Shown piece after piece: positions 16,671-25,326 of a stretch of 64,000 nucleotides of DNA. Origin of the DNA: a virus (Duplodnaviria; Caudoviricetes); the IMG/VR virus record IMGVR_UViG_2788499831_000001, positions 25,131 through 89,130 of that record; one strand, 5' to 3'. Below the pieces are notes generated by a model. It was not told where the DNA came from. It saw nothing but the letters and a program-made list of their open reading frames with translations, and ran no database searches. The number at the start of each line of letters is the position of its first letter. Position 1 is the first letter of the stretch. The translations under genes were made by a program, and so were the position numbers.

Positions 16671-17813
16671 CTATATTATCCCTAGGTTTTTCTTCGGTAA
16701 TTGGGAGTAAAAAATATTGCCTAATTGCTCGAACTTATTTAAGGACTCTGCAAATAAGTTTTTATCATTTTTCGCTAAAGCTAGATAATATAATTGAAAT
16801 GCAGATAGCTCTCCATTTTCCTCTTTGAGACGTTCTAACATCCTGATAGCTTTTTCATTATCCCCTAATTGAATTTCTAAATAAGCTTTCTCAGCTATAT
16901 GGATCGGATGAACATTATTTAATCCAACTTTCCACATTATTTTCAAAAATTCAATCGTGTTTACCATCATATCGTTACGTAAACTCATACGAGCGTTAAG
17001 TTTCTTCTCTAATATTTCAATTGCTTGGTTAATATAATGCGTTGCTGTTTCAAAACTTTCAAAAGTGTACGATTCTCCTAAAGTTCCATATGCAGTAGCT
17101 ACGATCATCGGAAACCGTCGTCGTAACTCTTCCCTGTTTATAATTTCATGACATGTAGTTCTTGCTTTTTCTACTTCACCTGACATTAACAGTCCTTGAA
17201 TCATACATTCTTTAATTTTGTATTCAAAGGAGAGCTTTAAATAAGGATCCGAAATTGAATCCACCTCTTCCAATAAGATAGCAGCAGTATCATTCAGCAA
17301 TTTGAAATTCCTTCTATCAGCTGTTGCAAATAACGATAAGATTTCAAATAAAATTTGCATTTCGGTTGTAGATAACTTTATTTCCTTCTTTGCCTGATGT
17401 AGTCGTTTTTGCAATTTCTTCCCTGACAACTCGCCCTTATTACGTAAGTAAATTAGTTCATAAACATAAGCCCATTCACGATTATCTTTATCATGAGATG
17501 TTTTTTCAATGTCGACCAATTGTTTTAATAATTCCTGTTCACCATGCACAGCGAGATAATCCATCGCTAACCTCTTATTGATTGGTTTATCCGTCTGAGA
17601 AAAATATCTTTCGCAACACATTCTTCTTGTAGTTACATCGTTAGGGAAAACTTCTTTTAATAATTCACCATAAGTATTAGACCTCATTTGAGACTTCCCA
17701 TTAAGGAAATTAGAAATGGTAACATGTGTTGTGTTGATCTGTTTTCCAATTTTACGAGTGCTCATTCTGTGAAAATTGATTTGATTTGAAATCTTATTTA
17801 ATACCTCTTGCAC
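16671..17813 (-). CDS. aimR: Arbitrium receptor AimR (RRNPP family, HTH plus TPR)
   Basis: N-terminal HTH (STRKIGKQINTTHVTISNFLNGK); TPR-like helices; GTG start at 17813 with RBS aaggagga. Confidence 0.88.
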   Translation of the reverse strand: MQEVLNKISNQINFHRMSTRKIGKQINTTHVTISNFLNGKSQMRSNTYGELLKEVFPNDVTTRRMCCERYFSQTDKPINKRLAMDYLAVHGEQELLKQLVDIEKTSHDKDNREWAYVYELIYLRNKGELSGKKLQKRLHQAKKEIKLSTTEMQILFEILSLFATADRRNFKLLNDTAAILLEEVDSISDPYLKLSFEYKIKECMIQGLLMSGEVEKARTTCHEIINREELRRRFPMIVATAYGTLGESYTFESFETATHYINQAIEILEKKLNARMSLRNDMMVNTIEFLKIMWKVGLNNVHPIHIAEKAYLEIQLGDNEKAIRMLERLKEENGELSAFQLYYLALAKNDKNLFAESLNKFEQLGNIFYSQLPKKNLGII

Positions 17814-17914
17814 AGTGCTTGTCCTCCTTGTGGACAAAAGACACGTAAACCCCAATTTGTTACATATAAAGGAAAACGCGCCACTTTCAATCTAAGGTGT
17901 GTTATAATCAGTAT

Positions 17915-18000
17915 GTACAAGATCCGCGACAATGTTCCCTAGTCAGGTAGGGGGCAGTGTAAGTAGTGAGGCAAACACTCTTACACCGTGGGTCTTTTTT
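17915..18000 (+). ncRNA. Candidate structured sRNA divergent from aimR
   Basis: TG-T-TATAAT at 17900-17908; closing stem aagatccgcg/cgtgggtctt; inner stems; T tract. Confidence 0.55.
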
Positions 18001-18246
18001 ACGTCCGTTTTTTTATTGTATTAATAATACCACAAATTTCCCAATATTCTGTCGTATAGTTGTCTGAAAACTATTGAGAAAGTTGAAAAACAGCTTCACA
18101 TCAACGTTTTTAACCCATATGAATATTTTACCACAAATAAGAACTTTTGTTCTAGTTTTAGTCGTTTAACAACTTATATTTTCATTCAGTTAATAAAACG
18201 ACTTATTATAGTAGTATGATAGTGTAATATTTATACTTTAATTATT

Positions 18247-18591
18247 ATGATAATCTTTGGAAAAACTTTAAAACATTTAAGAAATTCGCGCGACTTAACG
18301 CAATTAGAACTAGCAGAGATTCTAAACTTAAGTCAAAGTCAGATTAAAAATTGGGAAACAGGTCGATTCCAACCGGATATCGAAACTTTAGCAAGTATCG
18401 CCTCCTTTTTTAATGTCTCTTTAGACGTTCTTGTGGGCTTCTCTAACAACTTTCAAGACGAACCAATACAACAAGTCATTTCTGAAGCTAGGTCAACGTA
18501 TGGGACGCTAGACGATGCTCAGAAAGAAAGGTTTTGTAATCAGTTGCTATTAATAATTCAGATGATTAGAGATAACCCCGAAACGTTCTAA
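18247..18591 (+). CDS. Second XRE HTH regulator
   Basis: FGKTLKHLR..LTQLELAE..SQSQIKNWETGRFQPD. Confidence 0.88.
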   Translation: MIIFGKTLKHLRNSRDLTQLELAEILNLSQSQIKNWETGRFQPDIETLASIASFFNVSLDVLVGFSNNFQDEPIQQVISEARSTYGTLDDAQKERFCNQLLLIIQMIRDNPETF

Positions 18592-18859
18592 TCAAGGGAG
18601 CTAATACAGCTCTCTTTTTTTATACAGAAAAACTGTAACTAAAACGCTTACTAGCTCCGTTTGACTATATTTTACATCCCGTCTTTTTCCAATAATAGCG
18701 GTAAAATATTCTTCTAAAGTCAGAAATTAGTGAAAAACAGACTATTTTTACTGTCATTACTGTGTTTATATCAAATATGCAATATTGCATATCCATTAAC
18801 TGTAATATAATCCATGTTTTGATTATATTATTCAGCACTTATTAGTGCTATAATCCGCT

Positions 18860-18986
18860 TTGACTAACTGCTATGAAAGCTCATGCCATTGCTAACGTGA
18901 GCAGTTAATCATCCACAGCTAGGGTAGACTCCCTAGATCGCGGTACTATTCCGCAGCCCTTAACAATTTGTTAGGGGCTTTTTTTA
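18860..18986 (+). ncRNA. Candidate multi-hairpin sRNA
   Basis: TG-C-TATAAT at 18846-18854; three hairpins plus terminator agcccttaac/gttaggggct and T7. Confidence 0.55.
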
Positions 18987-19082
18987 TTTCCTTTCGACAA
19001 AATATGACAAAATAGTTGTAACTGTTTCTGTTATTATGTTCTAGAAATCTTACATTTTATATTTTGGGGACGGAGTGAAAAA

Positions 19083-19418
19083 ATGAAATCTAAAGGTATT
19101 GCGTATTTATTACATATTTTCCTTGGATTCTTAGGTGCGGGAAGATTTTATGTAGGAGATATCGGCATGGGTATCTTAAATCTTTTAACATTCGGTGGAT
19201 TCGGTTTCTTATGGGTTATTGATCTATTCTTGCTTAGCGGACGTGTAGATTATAAGAATGCATTATTCGCTGCTCGTACTGCTGGAACTAACAATGTAAA
19301 TAATGTTAATACAGTTCAAGTTAATATTGATCCGAATATGTTAAAGGGACTGCAAGCTGAACCTGCCGCTACAACGCAAGGGGACAAAACTGACGGTGTA
19401 GATTTGTCTAAGAATTAA
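19083..19418 (+). CDS. TM2/NINE domain membrane protein
   Basis: KSKGIAYLLHIFLGFLGAGRFYVG...W.IDLF. Confidence 0.88.
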   Translation: MKSKGIAYLLHIFLGFLGAGRFYVGDIGMGILNLLTFGGFGFLWVIDLFLLSGRVDYKNALFAARTAGTNNVNNVNTVQVNIDPNMLKGLQAEPAATTQGDKTDGVDLSKN

Positions 19419-19489
19419 TAATGTGAGCACTCTTTTGAGTGCTTTTATTTTTTTCTCAATGACCAATATTAATTAACATGGTAAAATAT

Positions 19490-19572
19490 AATATGTATTG
19501 GCATCCAATACATATTATTAAAATTAAAGTGGTTCAAGTCGGAGGAAGGCACCTTAGGGTGTCTTTTCTTTT
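19490..19572 (+). ncRNA. Candidate short sRNA
   Basis: TG-G-TAAAAT upstream; 11-bp hairpin at 19491-19515; terminator aggcacc/ggtgtct plus T tract. Confidence 0.45.
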
Positions 19573-19654
19573 GTACATCAATAAATATTCTTTCTATTCT
19601 GTTTTCATAAAATTAATGGTATATTTTGTATATAAATATTAAGGGGGAATAGAA

Positions 19655-19915
19655 ATGCAGTTACAAAACATCGATCTAGAACTAAAAAAATTTCTTTACC
19701 AACAAATTTATGTACATAAAATCGGGTCAATCGATACTCTACTTGCAGAAGGATATATGTTTGATGCACAAGAGATACAACAAGCGCTAGAGGTATTTAT
19801 GAGAAATGAACTCATAATACCTACAGTATCTACAATGCAAATAGGACAGAAAAAAGTAGATTTTATGCGTAATGATGAAAAATTTAGGATTTTAAAAGAA
19901 AATGATCAATTATAA
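19655..19915 (+). CDS. Hypothetical protein, possible winged helix
   Basis: RBS aggggga; 86 aa. Confidence 0.7.
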   Translation: MQLQNIDLELKKFLYQQIYVHKIGSIDTLLAEGYMFDAQEIQQALEVFMRNELIIPTVSTMQIGQKKVDFMRNDEKFRILKENDQL

Positions 19916-20014
19916 AAACAAATATTAGATAAACATGATTCAAGTTAAAGGAAAACGCCTTAAAATGTCTTTTTTCTCAATATAAGAGTTCTAAATGCAT
20001 GCTATAATTTTAAT

Positions 20015-20095
20015 AGAAATTCCCTTTTGTGCAATGAGATAGAAATACCCAACCAACAACCCACTGTTACGGAAATTCAGTGGGCTTTTCTTTTG
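20015..20095 (+). ncRNA. Candidate short sRNA
   Basis: TG-C-TATAAT at 20000-20008; terminator cccactg/cagtggg plus T tract; no ORF. Confidence 0.45.
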
Positions 20096-20159
20096 TTTTT
20101 ACATTTGTTATAATTTCTTTAAAGGTATTGCGATGTTTCTGTACGTATATAATAAAAGA

Positions 20160-20290
20160 AGAGATGCTACTAACATCTCTTCAGGTAACTGCTACCGCAA
20201 GGTGAGTGGTTACAACTAAATACTACTTTTTAGATTTAGAAGACTTCCCACGCTTGCGAGGCTGACGGGTGGTCTTCTTCTTTTTGTTTT
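20160..20290 (+). ncRNA. Putative type I antitoxin RNA
   Basis: TATAAT at 20148-20153; hairpins; terminator gaagac...gtcttc plus T tract; antisense to the toxin 3' end. Confidence 0.65.
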
Positions 20291-20378
20291 TAGAAGTAAT
20301 CTTCTTAACTACGAAAACTACGAGTTCTCGTACAATCGTCTTAATTACCTCTAATACTATTTGAAGAAATAGATCCAT
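20223..20378 (-). CDS. Putative type I toxin (51 aa), absent from ORF track
   Basis: RBS aggaggtg; MDLFLQIVLEVIKTIVRELVVFVVKKITSKNKKKKTTRQPRKRGKSSKSKK, an amphipathic helix plus basic tail. Confidence 0.75.
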   Translation of the reverse strand: MDLFLQIVLEVIKTIVRELVVFVVKKITSKNKKKKTTRQPRKRGKSSKSKK

Positions 20379-20878
20379 TGGCTACACCTCCTTCCCTCAT
20401 CAAATGAGAAAAGGACAGTCGTAACCACCCACCCTACAATATACAGTTGTTCTTATTCTATCATACTTGTACAAGCTCACCAATATAAAAAAGCCCACCT
20501 ATTTCCGTAGGTGGGTTATATGTGATTTTGCACTTGTGCATTATTAAATAATACCAAGAATCCTTAATCCTCGTTCGGCTTCCCGATTTCTCTTCTTTTT
20601 TCGTCAAATCTCTGCTATGATTGAGGGTAGTTACATAGATTTTTAAACAATTAACTTTATATAAAATTAAAAAACCCCCGGCTTAGTTTTTAGATGGTTC
20701 AAGGTTGGTCGCCAGAACACCATTTAAAAACTCCAAAAGCAGAGGTTTTGTAAGTTACGTCATTTAGTTATTGCTGTCTATATTGATAGTATCATAACTT
20801 CAAAAAAACGTAAATACAATTCCTCTATTTTGACATACCCAATTTTAAGCCGGGGTGGAAAATGGAGGATTTTTTGTT

Positions 20879-21781
20879 ATGACTAACGATATTTTTAAAC
20901 ACGCTCGGAAACGAGGACATAGTGTAGTAGAGAACGCTTTACTAGATGATTGTAAACTCACAGGGATGGCTAAATACCTTTTAATTCAGTTCTGTTCGCA
21001 TAGGGATGGAGTTTGGAAGGTTAATATGCCCGATATTATTAAACGTTCTAAAAACGGACGTGACGCGCACTATAACGCACTTACAGAACTAATACATAAT
21101 AAGTACGCGGCACGTGTAAAAGTATTGGAAAAGGGTAAGTTCATAAAGCAAATCTACATCTACGGACAAGTAAAAGAAGATGTTGCCGAAATGTTAGAAG
21201 AAACAATCCAAGAACAAATTTCGGAAGGATATCTAGTTCGCGTAGAGTTCGGGAAGCCGATTCCTGAAAATCCGGAAATGGTTTCCGAAGGTTCGGAGAG
21301 CTCCGAAAACCCACTTCCTGAAAATCCGAATGTGGAAATCCCGAATCCGGAAAGTCAGTACATTATAAATAACCAAAGAAAAAATACCAAAAAAGAAAAT
21401 ACCAATATATATATAAATAATATAGCAAAAATTGATGATGATAAGCGAAGCTTCTCTTCTCCTTCCCTTACAGAAGAAGAATTAAATTTAATAATCAATT
21501 CTCTCCGGGAAGCTACAAAAGACGAATTAACAGATCGAAGCTTTAAATCTGTTTTACGAAAAGTAATGGATAAATACAATCAAGGTAAGATTACTAACTT
21601 TAGAGATTACTTAATCTCAGCTTTAGCGAATAAGATTGAAGACTTGGAGCTTCGAAGAATAAAAGAAAATGCTAAAAAGCAATTACACGAAGATAAAATT
21701 GATCGTGGTTTAATAGCGCAATCTTTATCAGAACATCAATATACAGGTAAAGTGCCTTTCTATGATTGGTTGGCGTCATAA
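20879..21781 (+). CDS. Putative plasmid-type replication initiator
   Basis: N-terminal wHTH, central PEN(P) repeats; directly upstream of the actin-like partition gene; ATG at 20879 after ggagga. Confidence 0.7.
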   Translation: MTNDIFKHARKRGHSVVENALLDDCKLTGMAKYLLIQFCSHRDGVWKVNMPDIIKRSKNGRDAHYNALTELIHNKYAARVKVLEKGKFIKQIYIYGQVKEDVAEMLEETIQEQISEGYLVRVEFGKPIPENPEMVSEGSESSENPLPENPNVEIPNPESQYIINNQRKNTKKENTNIYINNIAKIDDDKRSFSSPSLTEEELNLIINSLREATKDELTDRSFKSVLRKVMDKYNQGKITNFRDYLISALANKIEDLELRRIKENAKKQLHEDKIDRGLIAQSLSEHQYTGKVPFYDWLAS

Positions 21782-21970
21782 TCAATTTAGGAGGATAAAC
21801 ATATAAAAATTTCACATACCATATCTGTTGTGAAAAAGAGATTTTTCGGTTCGTAGGGGATTTTAACGAATCTTAGGGAGGACAAGCCTATGTCTTCCCT
21901 ACCTCGTAACATGCGTTTTTGTAGATATTGCGAAGTCTTTGCGATGCCCTACGACCTCGCAAACCAACAT

Positions 21971-22067
21971 TCAATGATTAACCAATGATAAATTTATCAT
22001 TTTTGGTATATTTCATTGAATTAAAACGTAAGTATCTGTTAGAATCAAAAATATCAATGATTAACCA
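21971..22067. promoter_or_regulatory. parC-like centromere/operator
   Basis: tcaatgattaacca at 21971 and 22054; perfect 18-bp palindrome at 21984-22001. Confidence 0.6.
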
Positions 22068-23123
22068 TTGGTTTTTGAAAGGGGAATATATATGTTATTA
22101 GGAAATCCGTATGCGATTGACTTAGGAAATGGCTTTACAAAGCGTGCTTCAAAGAAAAATAAATCACTAGAGGCAGATGTTATTACAGAATTATCGGTGT
22201 TAGCACCAGTTGATGATTACTACAACGAAGCTAGTTTCACAAAAATCGAACTAACAAACACTGACTTCCCTTACTACATAGGAGAAGAAGCTAGAAAATC
22301 AAAGCTTCCATTAATTCGTGCACTTGGCGAGAACAAAGCGAAACGTTATGAAGATCCAACGTTTAAGAAACAATTATTCGGATTCATTGCAAAAGACTTC
22401 AAAAAGAACGTTACTATTCCATTGCTTGTTACAGGCCTTCCGGTATCACACTTCGGTAATCAACGTGAATCGATTCAAAAAGTAGCTATGGAAGAAACAG
22501 CTGTTAAAGTGAATGGCGAACTAATCACAATTAAGGTAAAACAATGCCTAGTTATTCCGCAACCAGTAGGGACACAATATTACCTAGTTAAAAAAGAAAT
22601 CATTAATAAAGAAGATCGTATTCTTATTATCGATGGTGGATTTGGTACATTTGATGTTACTGATATGTCTGGTAACGCTGTTATCGACCGTTTAGGAACT
22701 GAATTAGGCTGTGAGAAAGCATTCATGACTATTGAACAAATCGTTCGCGATAACATTGGTGAAACACCTGATTTAAGCGTATCTAACATGCACTATATCC
22801 TTGAGAATGGCTATAAGTACAATGGCTCTCTATACGACTTATACACTCATAAAGATGTAGCTGAGAAGGTTGATGAAGAATTACAACGTCATTTCGATGC
22901 AGCACTACGTGAAGTGTCTCAAAAGTTCAACTTAGCTGTATACGATAAAATCGTGTGGACTGGTGGAATGGCTGCGCTTCATAAAAAACGTATCGAAAAG
23001 AAAAAAGAGCAATTCCCAACATTTGCGGTTCTAGAAAATGGTCAAGAAGCTAACCTATTAGGATACTACTATTTAGGATGTGACGTATTTGACAAACTTA
23101 CAAAAGAAAAAGCTTCAAATTGA
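22068..23123 (+). CDS. ParM/StbA-like actin ATPase (Alp)
   Basis: IDLGNGFTK; VTGLP; PQPVG; IIDGGFGTFD; TGG actin-fold motifs. Confidence 0.92.
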   Translation: MVFERGIYMLLGNPYAIDLGNGFTKRASKKNKSLEADVITELSVLAPVDDYYNEASFTKIELTNTDFPYYIGEEARKSKLPLIRALGENKAKRYEDPTFKKQLFGFIAKDFKKNVTIPLLVTGLPVSHFGNQRESIQKVAMEETAVKVNGELITIKVKQCLVIPQPVGTQYYLVKKEIINKEDRILIIDGGFGTFDVTDMSGNAVIDRLGTELGCEKAFMTIEQIVRDNIGETPDLSVSNMHYILENGYKYNGSLYDLYTHKDVAEKVDEELQRHFDAALREVSQKFNLAVYDKIVWTGGMAALHKKRIEKKKEQFPTFAVLENGQEANLLGYYYLGCDVFDKLTKEKASN

Positions 23124-23421
23124 GTTGAATCCTAAAAAGGATGAAAGACTGTATAACATGATTGTTAAACTAGAAGAAGAAGGCGAAGGAGAGAAAGGAT
23201 ACGTTAATGATCAAGTGAAAAAACGTTTAGAAATGTATCAAGTTCTTTCTGAAGTAGCTGGAGAAGATGACCCAATTGAAATAGTAAAGAAATTGTTAAT
23301 CAACGTTAGAACTAACGGTGTGCAAATTGAGGAAACAGCAGTCGATGAACCTACCGATGAAGTTGCTAATAATGCTATGGATTTAATTGATGGTCTTAAC
23401 AATTGGAATAACATGAATTAA
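23080..23421 (+). CDS. ParR-like adaptor
   Basis: Small acidic ORF overlapping the parM end; RHH-like N-terminus. Confidence 0.65.
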   Translation: MTYLTNLQKKKLQIELNPKKDERLYNMIVKLEEEGEGEKGYVNDQVKKRLEMYQVLSEVAGEDDPIEIVKKLLINVRTNGVQIEETAVDEPTDEVANNAMDLIDGLNNWNNMN

Positions 23422-23550
23422 TAGATATTTAAGTAAAATATAACCTCCTCCCTCTCTCTCACTGCTTTTTCATGGAATATTGGAATTATGGAAAAGTATC
23501 CCTGAGATAAACAAGAGAGAGGAGGCGATTTTTCGAAAGAGGGGAGCTTC

Positions 23551-23931
23551 ATGAGCGTAATCAACCCTATGTTTGAACCTCGAAAACAATCTACTACAAT
23601 AACAAACCAACAACCTCGTAAAACTCGTTCAGACAAAAAGAAAGACGTAAAAATCCCCGTAACTGAAATACAAAGACAACTAATAAGAACCTCAGCCTTC
23701 CGAGAAGGAATAACCACTACACAATATATGTCTAAATTAATTACAGAACATCTAAACCTATCTTATATTGCAGAGATACACAACTATGATTATATCGATA
23801 CGAAAAGATATATACACGCAAAGTTAGATCAAGAAGTTCATAAGAAACTTGTCCATCTCGCTATAGAATGGGGAGTATCACAAAGAGCTGCAGCAACACG
23901 TATTTTATGCTTTGCATTACGCACAATGTGA
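23551..23931 (+). CDS. Putative tandem ribbon-helix-helix DNA-binding protein
   Basis: Two strand-helix-helix units (KIPV.. and IHAKL..). Confidence 0.6.
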   Translation: MSVINPMFEPRKQSTTITNQQPRKTRSDKKKDVKIPVTEIQRQLIRTSAFREGITTTQYMSKLITEHLNLSYIAEIHNYDYIDTKRYIHAKLDQEVHKKLVHLAIEWGVSQRAAATRILCFALRTM

Positions 23932-23942
23932 GAGGTGACAAC

Positions 23943-24473
23943 ATGTATAGTAAATACGATGTGATGACGAAGGAAATACAACTTATGAGCGCTAGTAATT
24001 GGTGGGAACGGACTAAGATTGAATGGAAATTAAAAGAGAAGTACCGTTTTGAAGTGAAGATGCTCAAAATTTATTTATTCCGTATGAATATTATTATCGA
24101 AGATATGGAAGATGAAGATTACGAGTGTAACGCTAGTGATCTAGCTGAGATACTTGTTGAGGACTTTCTCGAACATATAAGGTCTAAAAACAGTATGGAA
24201 CAGCTGTATCAAATTTTAGAAAGTAAAAAGCACTATACAGATTATGAATTAGAATTTAATGAAAATGATGAACGATATGGAACAATTGAAGTGAAGATTG
24301 ATAGAAGAACCTTGAGACGTATTGAAGTGTTTTTCTCCGATATGGCCCATACTTTTCCTACGCATGGCTACACGGCGGATAAACTGATTAACATCTTAAT
24401 GTGTGACTACATGAAGTATTATGCTGAAGAACCTGGAAAGAAGCTATCTTTGTTAAAACGGAGATTTTCATAA
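23943..24473 (+). CDS. Conserved hypothetical protein
   Basis: Start MYSKYDV after RBS gaggtga. Confidence 0.7.
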   Translation: MYSKYDVMTKEIQLMSASNWWERTKIEWKLKEKYRFEVKMLKIYLFRMNIIIEDMEDEDYECNASDLAEILVEDFLEHIRSKNSMEQLYQILESKKHYTDYELEFNENDERYGTIEVKIDRRTLRRIEVFFSDMAHTFPTHGYTADKLINILMCDYMKYYAEEPGKKLSLLKRRFS

Positions 24474-24550
24474 TGTTCAAGATTCCTATTTTCGGGATGT
24501 TTAAAAAATGAAATCTTTGACCACTCTTGTACTAAGAACTTAAAACAGGA

Positions 24551-24793
24551 GTGATTAGAATGGGATGGCTTATTTCTGGTAAAGGGAGAAAGTCAAAGCT
24601 CTCCAATTTTCTGGAGAAAAACAAAATTACTCAGCAAGAATTAGCGGAAAGAAGTGGTGTAAGTAAATCTACAATCAGTCGTGTATGCCAAGGTGATAAA
24701 TTCTCTCCAACTATGAAGAATGCTCAAAAGATTATAAAGGCATTAAAAAAGTTAACAAATAAAGAGGTTCATTATGATGATTTTTGGATGTAG
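24551..24793 (+). CDS. Small XRE HTH regulator
   Basis: ITQQELAERSGVSKSTISRVC. Confidence 0.85.
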   Translation: MIRMGWLISGKGRKSKLSNFLEKNKITQQELAERSGVSKSTISRVCQGDKFSPTMKNAQKIIKALKKLTNKEVHYDDFWM

Positions 24794-24860
24794 CTGGCTA
24801 ATTGAGTCGGCTTTTTCTTTTGTCGAAACTTTGTCGAACGAAAAGAGACTAAAAACACCA

Positions 24861-24923
24861 AATAACCGTTGACGGTTATTTAAGGGAGTGATATATTATA
24901 ACTAACATAACCGATAACGGTTA
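24861..24923. promoter_or_regulatory. Promoter with two palindromic operators
   Basis: aataaccgt-tg-acggttatt overlapping TTGACG; taaccg-ataa-cggtta at 24908. Confidence 0.7.
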
Positions 24924-24942
24924 AACGAAGGAGGAAGTAGCG

Positions 24943-25326
24943 ATGAACGTTATGAAAAAAGCTTGGGAAATTGCTCGTAAAGGTCAAAAACAATTTGGTG
25001 GCAAAGTTAAAGAATATTTCGCTCAAGCTTTAAAGATAGCGTGGACAATCGTGAAAAAAGGGATGAAATATGTACAACTAACAAAAGAAGAATTTATGAA
25101 TGAAATTCGTAATACAGGGAAATTTGAGGGGTTCTTAACTTACAAAAATGATTTTAAGGATACTCAAAAAATCAAAGTTGTAGCTGATTTAGAGAAACAA
25201 GAAATCGCTGTTGATATGGGTTTAAAATCTTTATACAGTGACTTATCAGAAGCTATCAATAACTACAAACGACATAATCATTATGCAGGAAACGGTACAG
25301 AAGTTTATTTTTGGAGAGAAAACTAA
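24943..25326 (+). CDS. Hypothetical protein
   Basis: RBS ggagga. Confidence 0.75.
   Translation: MNVMKKAWEIARKGQKQFGGKVKEYFAQALKIAWTIVKKGMKYVQLTKEEFMNEIRNTGKFEGFLTYKNDFKDTQKIKVVADLEKQEIAVDMGLKSLYSDLSEAINNYKRHNHYAGNGTEVYFWREN

Noticed and set aside
16186-16710. Plus-strand 174-aa ORF
   Set aside because: Shadow of aimP/aimX on the opposite strand; no RBS or recognisable domain.
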